Source of the DNA: Haliotis cracherodii
Lineage: Eukaryota
Length of the DNA stretch: 64,000 nt
Reading direction: 5' to 3'
NCBI RefSeq assembly: GCF_022045235.1
Contig: NW_027266272.1
Span: forward strand, 4,340,001-4,404,000
A program made the position numbers and the translations under genes. A model generated the notes under the pieces. The model searched no databases, was not told the DNA's origin, and saw nothing but the letters and a program-made list of their open reading frames with translations. This document shows positions 1 to 11,855 of this stretch, one piece after another (position 1 is the first letter of the stretch; each line of letters begins with the position of its first letter).

Positions 1-1295
1 TTAAGTTCCTCGTGCCAAGTTTGTCTTGAACAAACTAACACATTAAGTTGAATGTGCCAAGTTTGTCTTGCACAAACTAACACACCAGGTTTCTTGTGCC
101 AAGTTTGTCTTGAACAAACTAACACATTAAGTTCAATGTGCCAAGTTTGTCTTGAATAAACTAACACATTAGGTTCCTTGTGCCAAGTTTGTCTTGAACA
201 AACTAACACATTAGGTTTCTTGTGCCAAGTTTGTCTTGAACAAACTAACACATTAGGTTTCTTGTGCCAAGTTTGTCTTGCACAAACTAACACATTAAGT
301 TCAATGTGCCAAGTTTGTCTGGAACAAACTAACACATTAAGTTCCTTGTGCCAAGTTTGTCTTGAACAAACTAACACATTAAGTTCCTTTTGCCAAGTTT
401 GTCTTGAACAAACTAACACATTAAGTTCCTTGTGCCAAGTTTGTCTTGAACAAACTAACACATTAAGTTCCTCGTACCAAGTTTGTCTTGAACAAACTAA
501 CACATTAAGTTCCTTGTGCCAAGTTTGTCTTGAACAAACTAACACATTAAGTTCAATGTGCCAAGTTTGTCTTGCACAAACTACCACATTAAGTTCAATG
601 TGCCAAGTTTGTCTTGTACAAACTAACACATTAAGTTCAATGTGCCAAGTTTGTCTTGCACAAACTAACACATTAAGTTCCTTGTGCCAAGTTTGCCTTG
701 AACAAACTAACACATTAAGTTTCTTGTGCCAAGTTTGTCTTGAACAAACTAACACATTAAGTTCCTTGTGCCAAGTTTGTCTTGAACAAACTAACACACC
801 AAGCTCCTTGTGCCAAGTTTGTCTTGCACAAACTAACACATTAAGTTCCTTTTGCCAAGTTTGTCTTGCACAAACTACCACATTAAGTTCAATGTGCCAA
901 GTTTGTCTTGTACAAACTAACACATTAAGTTCAATGTGCCAAGTTTGTCTTGCACAAACTAACACATTAAGTTCCTTGTGCCAAGTTTGCCTTGAACAAA
1001 CTAACACATTAAGTTTCTTGTGCCAAGTTTGTCTTAATCAAACTAACACATTAAGTTCCTTGTGCCAAGTTTGTCTTGAACAAACTAACACACCAAGCTC
1101 CTTGTGCCAAGTTTGTCTTGCACAAACTAACACATTAAGTTCAATGTGCCAAGTTTGTCTTGCACAAACTAACACATTAAGTTCAATGTGCCAAGTTTGT
1201 CTTGCACAAACTAACACATTATTTTTTTTGTTCCAAGTTTGTCTTGCACAAACTAACACACCAAGCTCCTTGTGCCAATTTTGTCTTGACAACAT
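1..1295. repeat. 42-bp tandem minisatellite (~30 units, runs off the left edge)
   Basis: Unit TTAAGTTCCTTGTGCCAAGTTTGTCTTGAACAAACTAACACA. Each unit has an internal inverted repeat AGTTTGT-n5-ACAAACT. A 7-unit (294 bp) higher-order duplication is visible (variant CTACCAC at 581 and 875). Confidence 0.97.
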
Positions 1296-1453
1296 AAACA
1301 CATGAACAGTATGATGTCATTGCGATGTATGGCTCACAAGTAAAGTACTTCAGGGGTGACCCCATCATGGTTTGTTCTGAAGTAGCTGTGCTATACATTC
1401 ATATATGCGCGTACTATACATGGTGTTTATGTGAGAAATAATGAATAATGATA

Positions 1454-1605
1454 NNNNNNNNNNNNNNNNNNNNNNNNNNNNNNNNNNNNNNNNNNNNNNN
1501 NNNNNNNNNNNNNNNNNNNNNNNNNNNNNNNNNNNNNNNNNNNNNNNNNNNNNNNNNNNNNNNNNNNNNNNNNNNNNNNNNNNNNNNNNNNNNNNNNNNN
1601 NNNNN
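1454..1605. other. Assembly gap (N run)
   Basis: 152 N. Confidence 1.
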
Positions 1606-3480
1606 AATACAGAGCTTTGCTTTCTATATATGTTACAGCCAATGTGTAAAATCAGCCACTGTGTAAAATAACTGAAATTTCACAAAACAGTTCAACAATT
1701 CACATAGCCAAAATATGTCAGTCATTATACCATGTTTGTCCCTTCACATTGACGAAAGTGTATGAAGAAGTTCAATAGGGATCACAAACATCACATGCAC
1801 TAATTATGTAAGGATAAGGAGTAAAATAAAAACAAATATACATTTACTTTCGTTTTCTTTTATTCATTTGTAGTCACTGGGTGATCAAATAGAACCCCGA
1901 AATGTTTAGGATCCGTTATCATTAAACCATAAATGGAAACTTTTTTGTAATATAGCTGAAATATTTTGGCGTTTGTAGCTTGCCTGAGTGAAAATTTCAC
2001 TCATTTTACACATTAACTGATTTGAAATATACTGAGAGTATACAGATGAAAACTGGATTTGATTAACAATTACAAACGTTCTCAAAACTAGGCTGAAAAC
2101 ATTTGCCGAAACACTGCAAGCTTAAGGTTCAAAACACATCTATGATCCCCGTATCAAATACATCACCCTTTATAACCATTTCTTGTTTGTTTCATTTTTA
2201 GCCACTATCAAACATGGGTGTATACTTTCTTTTGCCCTTCAGTTTAGGTCCCAAGCCGCCTATTTTGTAGGTGAGAGGCGATTGAATGGATCGGTGGTCA
2301 GGCTCGGTGACCTGGTTGATTATATAATTACAATATCATCGTATCCCAATTGCGTGTCATGATGTCCTAACTCGATTGTTTACAATCTGGAATATTGTCG
2401 CATTAATCAACCAACCAACAAACAAACATTAAGGCAGAGTCAATGTCAGATAAAGAAATGTCTTCTTTCAAATCCGTAAAACGTACATTATTCGTAAATA
2501 ATTCAAGTCCACATTTATATTTCTAACTAACAGTTGGAATTTCCAAGTGCAGGTACAAGGTAATAAATTGTCAGTACAATATGGCACTTGAAGGCAAATG
2601 TATGCATCAAAGATTATGAGGAAGGCAAAGGGAAGCATCAAGGATTAAGAATGATTCAGTGATGGATCTCCGAATCGCTGCACGTATATGTGTGTAACCT
2701 TCATCATGATGGACATCTCAAGGCTGGTGGCCGGTCAGCGGAGGACGCCCACAAGACCACGATGACCCGGCCCTGAACTGTATGTCACGTTCAGTGCGGG
2801 GACGCCGAGGAACACGTTCACGGTGACATCAACACCACACACACGTACGTATAACCCCTGTCTCCAGGCCAAGGCAAAACGCCGAGCCTTTTTATACGGC
2901 AAATCATTTTCTCTTTGACTGTTCTGATAGGCTTATGGTTTTCAGCAAAGAAGAAAACACCCTGTACATCGGACAAGTAGATATTTGTGTCGTCAGCTAA
3001 ACGTGACGACGTTTAAAATCGTTTATGAGCTAAATATTTAAACTCTCATAGCTAAAAGCCCTCCGAAAACGATTTCTTTTGTTTCCGATTATATTTGTCT
3101 TTCTTATATGAACATTTATGATATCATACATGTACAATTCTAAACAAAATTTACAAAGCACAATGACGGTTTATGATTATTTACCATATTTGTAAATAAA
3201 CGAAAGTAAAGTTTATTCTACTTTGATCAAACCAAATAACACCTCTACATGTACGGGTTTCCTGATCCAGACACGATTATTTACAGGCCACCGCGTTAAA
3301 CAACGAACAAACACACAAACAAACAAAACAAACAAAGGCTGGGTAGCCTAGTTGTTAAAGCCTTGACTTGACATGGGTATCAGGTGTGCAGTCAATTACT
3401 TATATCCCACTCAGTGATTTGCTTGGATATTTTAAATAACAGCGTAAAACCATAACGACTCACTATTGCTACATGTCTGC

Positions 3481-3714
3481 TTGTTTGATTGTTTAACGCC
3501 GCGCTCAGCAATATTCCTGCTATATGACGGCGGTCATAATCCAGTATGGACAGGACAATCCAGTGATTGACATCATGAGCATCGATCCATGCAATTGGAA
3601 TTCGATGACATGCATCAACCAAGTCAGCTAGTCTGACCACCCGATCCCGTTAGTCCCCTCTTACGACAAGCATAGTCGCCCTTACGGCAAGCATGGGTGG
3701 CTGAAGACCTATTT
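3481..3714 (-). mobile_element. SINE-like element, family 1 (structured non-tRNA head, RUDI-like), head partly truncated
   Basis: The reverse complement matches the copies at 10971, 16937 and 57209: GGTCTTCAGC..CCCATGCTTGTCGTAAGAGG..ACTAACGGGATCGGGTGGTCAG, with tail GGAATATTGCTGAGCGCGGCGTTAAACAATCAAAC. Confidence 0.8.
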
Positions 3715-4473
3715 TTGAACATATACTCAGAGTTGGGTTGCGGGTGTTGGGGTGCATTCAATCAATCTTTTAAATAGTAATTTCAAATAATGTAGTACAG
3801 CTTATTTGGGCCCGAACACAAACGCCCGCGTCAAACCACAACTCACATGAACCAAATCAGGCACCAATACACATTAAAAATACATAGCTGGTATATTGCT
3901 GACTGGCGTAACAAGCAAAGATACAAACATAATCTCATTTAAGAGCGGTCGTATAGCTTAATGAATAAAGCGTTTACGTGGCTTTGGTATAGTCAGTTTC
4001 CTGTGTCCCCTACAGTGATATCAATTGAATATTGCTAAAACTGCGCACAACCAAATTCACTAACTATTAGCCATTCAATTTGCTAAGGATCAGTTGGTGT
4101 ACTTTATCAACCATTGACATAGTGGAATAGACCTATTTTTGGTGCACCAACTAGGATTTCGTTTGAACAATATAATCTCAGTCACTCACTAACTGACAAG
4201 CCAGTCATGCAACCCTGAACACAGCGAGAATAAACAATGTCACACGCACAGGTCAACCACTGTGACATTGGCGTGGCAAATGACCTCGGAGGCGATGAAC
4301 TTACCATGGTCTCTTTTAACCCGACCCGAACTTACTTTTATGTCCAAGGTGACATATACCCAAAGTATATACCCTTTATGTGAGTGTTTAAAAAAGCCAT
4401 AAACGTCATTTAAACGTCGTGTTTCTTTCGAATTGTTTTCAACGGTTTGTTATTTTTGCTTCGTGGTGTTTGG

Positions 4474-4480
4474 TATAAAA
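4474..4480 (+). promoter_or_regulatory. TATA box of EGF gene copy 1
   Basis: TATAAAA 80 bp upstream of ATG 4554. Conserved at the same distance in copies 2 (14454-14460, -) and 3 (26197-26203, -). Confidence 0.7.
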
Positions 4481-4553
4481 GCATGTCAGTATGTCTTGCC
4501 AAGTATTCTCGTCCAATACACCCCAGCTGTTCCGTTCTCTAACTTCCGACACA

Positions 4554-7002
4554 ATGGTCGTCATTGTAGCTGCCTGTGTCATCTTCGCCATTACTGGTTC
4601 TGCCTCTGCTGCAAGTAAGTGTTTCAAGCATCAGGTACTGTAAACCGTTAAAGACTCATTATGTAGATAAGTTACTGTTAAACAATCGTATACTTTGCAA
4701 TTTGTTAATGTTAATTTCCTGGTCCAGACGCGGAGTTAGAAAGATACTGTCATACAATGAATACATTACTTTAATTCAAATATGGAATAGAACCTGAAGA
4801 TTTGTTGTAACTTATATGGATATAATAATTTAATTTTAGAAACTCCTGCTTCTGTATTTTGCTATATGTATATAAGTTACTGTCATACAATGATATACTT
4901 TGCAACTTGTTTAGTTTGAACTACAATTTGTGGGAACTTAATTATGCTTCAGTATTTTGCAATATAATGGAACTTTTGTACAATGAGTAACTACATGGAC
5001 AAACACCATTAGGGGTCAGATTTGAAAAACGTCAACACAATTACAGCAGATTCTTTTATTTACCTAACTTTTATACTTCGTTGTTCCGTGGGGATCCCAA
5101 GTAACAACATAGATTCCCACAAACGTGTCGACTTGTTTGACAGTTTGTCATCTTACTCCAATAGCGTGGATCGATCCTCATGATGTCAATCACTGTATTG
5201 TCTGGTCCAGACGCGGCATTAAATAGTGGCTTTATATAAAACTGTACATGTGAATTGTCGACAAAACTGGAACTATACATCAGGTTATGTTGGTGTCAAC
5301 AGTATTAGAAATGATCAGTAAGTACATCCGTGACACTGTATGATGTTGACATCCTCAGCTCCCACCAACTGCACCATCTCTGGATGTGGGTTTGGAGGCA
5401 AATGTATCGACAATGCTGCTGGGACGGCGTCCACCTGCGTCTGCTACCAAGGATTCGAACTCAGCCTCCAGACATTCGAATGCATAGGTCAGTAACAATG
5501 ATCCTAATATTTAGAAAGACCCAACTAACCAAACTTATTCGCTTGTATATTGTAAGTGGCGACTCCGGTGGCCATACTAGGTGACCTGACTTGGTGGGTG
5601 TCATTGTACCTAAACTTCTGACAACAAGTGTTCTGCATTACCTAAACTCCAATGTTTATTAACGGTCGTGAATTACCTGGAATATTTGGAGCGTAAATAT
5701 AAAATGTCAACGAAAGAGAATTATATGAGCAGACCATTTTCCCCATTCTCGCGAATACCTGGTGTCATCACTGATTTGCAGCAATCCATTCGTTCAATTT
5801 TCACCACATTTTTGTCTTTAATCTGTCACGGGAGATACTCGATATTGAATATTCTCTTGTGTGGAAGCAGTAGTACCAGTGTGTCAGTGCATGTTTCTCT
5901 TCCAGACATCAACGAGTGTAACTACACCAGCGCCGCCCTGTGCCCTAACGGCTTCTGTCACAACATGTACGGCGACTACAAGTGCAACTGCTCCCGGGGC
6001 TTCGTGCCGCACTTCCCCGACGGAAAGACCTGCGTGCGACGTAAGTAACGAACGTCAGACCTCGTTAATCCGGACTATACCATGCTCAAGGAAATCGTCC
6101 GGATTAACGAAGCAATGAAATTCAAATTTCAGAATAGGGAATCTACTGGGGTTGCACTGTCTACAGGTGCAAGGGGACTGATGGACATATTCTTAAAGAC
6201 CCGATATCATTTTCCGAGACGAATCTCAAAGCTAGAAAGTAAAAAAAACATGACATACCTGCTAGAAGCACAGTCGTTGTATGATTCCGAATACATCATT
6301 AGCATATGTTTATCAATCACTATTATAGGGATTATGCTAGATGTTCATAAAAAGGTGGCACCCGTCACAAACACATGCAAAGGCATGTTCACCTGAAAAA
6401 AACAAGAGAACATAATTATGGTCAAAATAGTGAATTGCTTTTTTGTCACTGATGCGTCAAATTTGGAAATGTCTTCCACTTATCCACCAAAAAGCATTCT
6501 GAAAACTTGACAATGGCCCTGGACTTTGTCAACTTCAGCACACAACATTTGCGGAAGAGTTATAAGACGCTTGTTGAAATCGTAAAGATTAAACTGATGA
6601 TAAGGAACTCATCTAGCTTCTGGACAATGCTTGGGGGGATGGGGGGAGCAGGAGTCAGAAAAATACTTTCATGTTTGAACATGGAACATCAATCTGTGCC
6701 GCACAACGCCGGAAAACCAGGTTCGATTCCCGACATGGGTGCTACGTATGTCTTCAGCCCAAACTGAGTCTATGGCCTCGATATTGTTGGAATATTGCTT
6801 TATGTTGCGCCAAACTCAACATATCAACATCTCAAAACACATAGCTTGCAAATCGATGGCATATGATTCGTATGCTCACTATAAACGCCCTTCTGTTTCA
6901 GCTATATTCCCTTTCATCAACAACAACAACAACAATAACAACAACAACATCTTTGGCAACATGCCAATCTGGCTCTTGTCTTTGCTGTTTGGAGAGATGT
7001 AA
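4554..7002 (+). CDS. Secreted double-EGF protein with poly-Asn and hydrophobic tail, copy 1 (141 aa)
   Basis: Exons 4554-4614, 5359-5487, 5906-6040, 6902-7002. All introns are GT..AG and phase 1 (donors GTAAGT, GTCAGT, GTAAGT). Protein: MVVIVAACVIFAITGSASAA-TPTNCTISGCGFGGKCIDNAAGTASTCVCYQGFELSLQTFECI-DINECNYTSAALCPNGFCHNMYGDYKCNCSRGFVPHFPDGKTCVR-PIFPFI(N)10IFGNMPIWLLSLLFGEM. Two 6-Cys EGF modules; the second has the DINEC and C-x-N-x4-Y-x-C calcium-binding consensus. AATAAA at 7103-7108. Confidence 0.88.
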
Positions 7003-7102
7003 GAAGAGCAACATCTTAACAGTGTTCTAGTGTGTCCAAGTAGACAGCGAAGGATCGCAACACGTCTGGCAATGGATCCATAAAAACAAATGTACTGCAA
7101 TG

Positions 7103-7108
7103 AATAAA
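7103..7108 (+). terminator. Polyadenylation signal of EGF gene copy 1
   Basis: AATAAA about 100 nt after the stop. A matching TTTATT is present in both minus-strand paralogues (~11750, ~23869). Confidence 0.65.
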
Positions 7109-7185
7109 TATGAATGGCAGATTTAACGTTGTCTTTGTTTACTTTAAGTTTTTGAATGGCATTTAGAAGTCATGCACTTGGGAAC

Positions 7186-7348
7186 AGAATTTATGGATGT
7201 CAACTTCTTTATTATGAGGAACTCAACGTTTCGGAATACATATTTACTTCTTCATCATGTGAAATGGTTGGAACCTGATGAAGGGGTAAGTATACACACC
7301 GAAACGTTGTGTTCCTCATATAAAAATAAGTTGACATCCATAAATTCT
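7186..7348. mobile_element. Palindromic element with hammerhead-like core (Penelope-like element derivative)
   Basis: Inverted arms of ~50 bp (AGAATTTATGGATGTCAACTT..CAACGTTTCGG / CCGAAACGTTG..AAGTTGACATCCATAAATTCT). CTGATGA at 7275-7281 and GAAA at 7301-7304. More decayed copies at ~11530-11672 and ~23641-23790. Confidence 0.65.
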
Positions 7349-8124
7349 CTTTCCCCTTTGTTTACAGTTGTTAATCCGATCTCTGGGTACATTCAGGACA
7401 TGTGTTTATTTGTTAACGCCGCTCACACCAACATTCCATCTTAAAACGGCAGTGTGAAAATAATCAAGGCTGGACTTGACAAACCAGGGACTGATATTTT
7501 GACAGCGTCCCACGCCGGGGTACAAGGCCCCGCAATCAACCGAGCCAGACCACAGGATCTATTAAGTCGACACGTACGTCTGGCGAAGGTTGCTCGGGAT
7601 CTGTTCAAACCTGTGGAAGGAAAACCCGAAGTGATGCTTGTCTCAGACGTTTACCGCTTTGGTGAAACTCATAAGGACGGGTATGGTGTTCACAGGCCTA
7701 AATGTGGGATTCGAACCCACGATTTCTGCACAGAGAACAGTGACACTTAAAGCGAGTAAATGAGAAATACATGTAGGCTTCAATCAATTTACCCACGTGG
7801 AGAATCGAAACCGGCCCTTCAGCATAACGATTCCCGGGTGGCTTTAACAAGGGGGAACCGTGTATGGTTAAAAAACCAAAAACGCACAGGTAGTATGTAG
7901 TTCATTGAACCTTACTACAAAACAAAATCCAGTATATGAATTGGATATATGTTATTGGAAAATTTTGGTGGCCTGATATTCGGCAAAAGCTGCGTCAAAA
8001 AACAGCCATTGTCGAATCGCAATGTCTTAAACGACATTGTTTTCATACTTGTACAAAAATGTCATGGAGGAAAACAGTCAAGGAAAATGCATGCGCAAGT
8101 TATGGTATTTGTAAATCGCGGTAG

Positions 8125-8290
8125 GCTGGAATCCAAACCCAGAAGACCAGTTATCGTCCCTCTTTTGCAACAGATCCATCGACAGCGACGCTTGCGTTGG
8201 TGCCATACCTTATAGCCTTGGAATTTGAGAAACTGGACACGAGCGTGGTTTAGTGATGAATCACGAATTCTTCTTCACGTTACAAGCAGA
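8125..8290 (+). pseudogene. Tc1-like transposase fragment
   Basis: Translates as ..RRPVIVPLLQQIHRQRRLRWCHTL*PWNLRNWTRAWFSDESRILL (first catalytic D motif). The upstream 7880-8110 is homologous to 20830-21040. Confidence 0.75.
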
Positions 8291-10329
8291 ATGGCGTACA
8301 CTTATCCAGTAGGGAGATGCAGAGCCGAGATTGCTGCAAGGAGCGGTCACACGAGATACTGAGTTCAGCGCAACCTTGTGGCCTTATGTGACATGACAAT
8401 GAAGAGTTTTCAATGCCTTTGTACAACGACATCATGTGACTATCGAGCTCCAAAATTTCATGTATCTATGATATTGAATTAAATATATCGACTTTATTAG
8501 GTACAATAAATTTACTAAAAATCTACCTTTCTTTATTTGAAGAGTGTATAAGTGTATTCTTTCTTTTGCCTGTAATTTTAGATGTATTGAGTCCCTCAGT
8601 GTTCTTATAATCAATAAAGCCGTGATTTAATGTACAAGTCTGTCGCAGCCACGAAATTACATCATCTTAAACGATATATCGAGCTAAAAGAAGTTCGAGT
8701 TAACTAGGTTTCTTACACAACGGTCGGTGAGAAACCCATTTGAGATAACTGGTATCAAACATATGTGTGAGATCGAATTCGAGGCCCGTGATTGGCTACT
8801 CCAAGGTGATGACCTGAGGTCAGATGATGACGGACTACTTCTCTGATTGTAAGTCATTGATAGGTTGCTCGTGATTCAGTCGAATGTTCACATACGCCTC
8901 GTTGAACCACAAGACCGTGTAATAATTAATAATAATAATAATCAGTTACATTATATGCTGTTATGTCAACGTTATCATTTTTTAGAGTGTAAACCCCCTG
9001 GATGCCACAGCGACACATATGTCCCTCCTCTTCAACCCTCACTTCGAAGTCGAATAAAATTCAAAATACATCACGCAAACTAATACACTTCGCAGTTTTG
9101 AATTCACTTTTCTGTTTATCATTTGCTGTCATTTTCGGCAAAGCAAAATTAGTGAATGTGACATCTGAAAATTAGGTACATTGTAAGTCTGGCCAAATCA
9201 CAATACACGGCGTTATTTACTGTGTTTTTAGAAATCTAAATATTGGATATTTGCTCGAATAATTAAAGTAGAAAAATAGCATATTAGTGATCACGGGTAT
9301 CAAATCACTAATGATAATACAGAAACGTCGCTGATAAGCCTAGAATCGTTTAGAATGTTTTGGAAAATACGCATTCACAAACGCCGAAGTGTACGTTCCG
9401 CCATATTGGATTGTGTTTACAAAATGCCGGTTATGAGACGCCTATTCGATCAGGTATATTTCAAACTCAGATGCTATACATGCATCCCTGAATTCCATAT
9501 ATATAGAAACAAATGACAAATTTGTCACCAATGCAAATTATCGAGATGAAATCATGCCAAATAAATAGGCGTGGAAACTAACACTGTGCTCGGAAAACTG
9601 TACTTGCTGAAATGTAAACAAAGCAAAATATTCATGCATTGGCTCGATCACGCGTTTGAGAATATTCATGGGAAGAGTATCGTTGCACTAATAATGGAAT
9701 TCAAATATAAACATTACAATGATGTGGTAAATTCATTAGAAACCGTACAAGTGTGACGCCATGACAGATGCTAAATCACGCACAACGCCGACGGTAGTTA
9801 TCTGCATTTCTGAATTATTCTCTTTGTTACATGGAAAACATGGTAAACAAATAACAGTAAGCAGATTGTCAGAATGTTTCTGAATACTTACGTGAAACAT
9901 TAATGTGTATACGATCCCTCAATCAACGAAAATCTTCCTCTGGAAATCCCGCATGCTGTTTTCAGTGTACACGCCATTTTGCAAAAGTCGTTCGTCGGTA
10001 GTGATGTCATACGGAAGTAAACATTGTTGTACATATTTGGTAGTTTCTTTGAGATGTCAACATTTAATTCGGCATCCATCGTGTTCTTTGTTTTTGTCTT
10101 GTTTGCATTATCATCGTCGCCTTGATAATCCACAGACATTGCGGAAACCTTTTTGTGTAGGGTCACATTATTTATGAGTAGTAAGCAGTACATGGAACGA
10201 TGTCACTTATGACAATAGTGTTATGTATTAATGCGCTACTGCGATCATGAGAATATACAAAATGCATAGATCCGGTGCTAAAAAGGTGCGATTTTAGGGT
10301 GTGTAAGAAACAGATTACTGTAAACGTGC

Positions 10330-10440
10330 CTGTCAGATACCATTGATCTTACAACTCGTTGTTACAAAGCGTATCTAACTCCCTTCTTTCGTTAGATACG
10401 TTTTGAAACAACTCGTTGTAAGATCAATGGTATCTGATAG
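10330..10440. repeat. Long near-perfect inverted repeat (hairpin/MITE-like)
   Basis: 50-bp arms CTGTCAGATACCATTGATCTTACAAC..GTATCTAAC / GTTAGATAC..GTTGTAAGATCAATGGTATCTGATAG around an 11-nt loop. Confidence 0.85.
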
Positions 10441-10970
10441 TCACTCGTGTATTAATCTCTATTTATCATCCAAAACTGGCTCTCAAGGGAGATCTCGCTG
10501 CAATGAAATTGCGTCACCATTATTACAATGACGTCACAATCAAAAACATCACTAATGTGTCTGCTACTGAAGCTGTTAGCAGTATTTTCTTACACCGAGA
10601 CACTGCTTATTACCGTCTACAAACTGAAAAGTTTGGAAGAATGATGTTGGATAAATAAAATCTCTCCCTGGTGTCTTTTGATATCAAATATATCAACACT
10701 CGTTGAAAAACGTGGAAAAAGTCCTCTTTGATTCTCCATATGTATACAGTGCATGTGGCAATCAACAGCAATAACACTGATGAGAAGTTTTTCTTCATGT
10801 TTCCACTCCTTTCCTCCACATTTAGCTGCCATACCGTTATATAACTGAGTTACTGCCCAAAGAGGGTTGAACTAAAATCACTTACTTCACATCAGCAAAC
10901 GCTTTGACTAGTAAGACCCAACATCGCCTCTTGTTTAGAAGGTATTATTACTTGTGTCAATATAAGTGAG

Positions 10971-11223
10971 GCCCGTGAAGACGCCGGGGTAGAATAGGTC
11001 TTCAGCAACCCATACTTGCCGTATAAAGTGACTATGCTTGTCGTAAAAGGCGACTAACGGGATCAGGTGGTCAGGCTCGCTGACTTGGTTTATACATGTC
11101 ATCGAACACGATTGCGTGGATCGATGCTCATGATATCAATCACTGGATTGTATAGTCCAGACTCGATTATTTACAGACCGCCGTCATATGGAATATTGCT
11201 GAGTGCGGCGTTAAACAACAAAC
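10971..11223 (+). mobile_element. SINE-like element, family 1, near full length
   Basis: Runs from GCCCGTGAAGAC..GGGGTAGAATAGGTCTTCAGCAACCC to GGAATATTGCTGAGTGCGGCGTTAAACAACAAAC. Absent from the paralogous position near 23300. Confidence 0.85.
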
Positions 11224-11855
11224 TGTGTGTGTAGCCATACAACATTGTCTGTTAGTAACAACAGTATTCCTTCTCCCGTGGGTTAGAATAGATTCCCAGC
11301 AACCTACGCCAGACGTATAGATCCTGTGGTCTGGCCCGATGGATTACTTCGTATGGTGCCCCTGCGTGGGACGCTGTCAAAATATCAGTCACTGGATTGT
11401 CAAGTCCATCCTCGATTATTTACAGACCGACGTCATATAGCTGGAATGTTGGTGTGTGCGGCGTTAACAAATGAACAAATGCCCTGAATGTACCCAGAGA
11501 TCGGATTAACAACAGTAAACACAGGGGAAAGAGAATTAATGGATGTCAACTTATTCTTTTTATGAGAACACAACGTGTATACTTACTCTTTCTCAGGGTC
11601 CATCAATTTCACCTCCAAATACTCTGAAACGTTGTGTTCCTCATAATAAGGAAGTTGACATCCATAAATTCTGTTCACTAGTGCATCTCTTCTAAATGCC
11701 TTTCAAAGACTAAACAGTAAACAAAGACAACCTTAAATCTGCCATTACATTTATTCATTGCAATACATTTGCTTTTATTGATCCTTTGCGGGACGTGTTG
11801 CGATCCTTCGCTGTCTACTTGGACACACTAGAACACTGTTAAGATGTTGTTCTTC

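Noticed and set aside
178-1305. 375-aa Cys-rich ORF as a metallothionein or zinc-finger gene
   Set aside because: It is a translation of a 42-bp satellite whose unit length is a multiple of 3. It has a non-ATG start, no signal or domain context, and mostly non-synonymous unit variation.
6041-6048. EGF protein ending ..CVRRK* as in the ORF track
   Set aside because: CGAC|GTAAGT is a consensus phase-1 donor. A conserved downstream exon with an acceptor, conservative substitutions, a stop and AATAAA exists in all three copies. A read-through isoform cannot be excluded.
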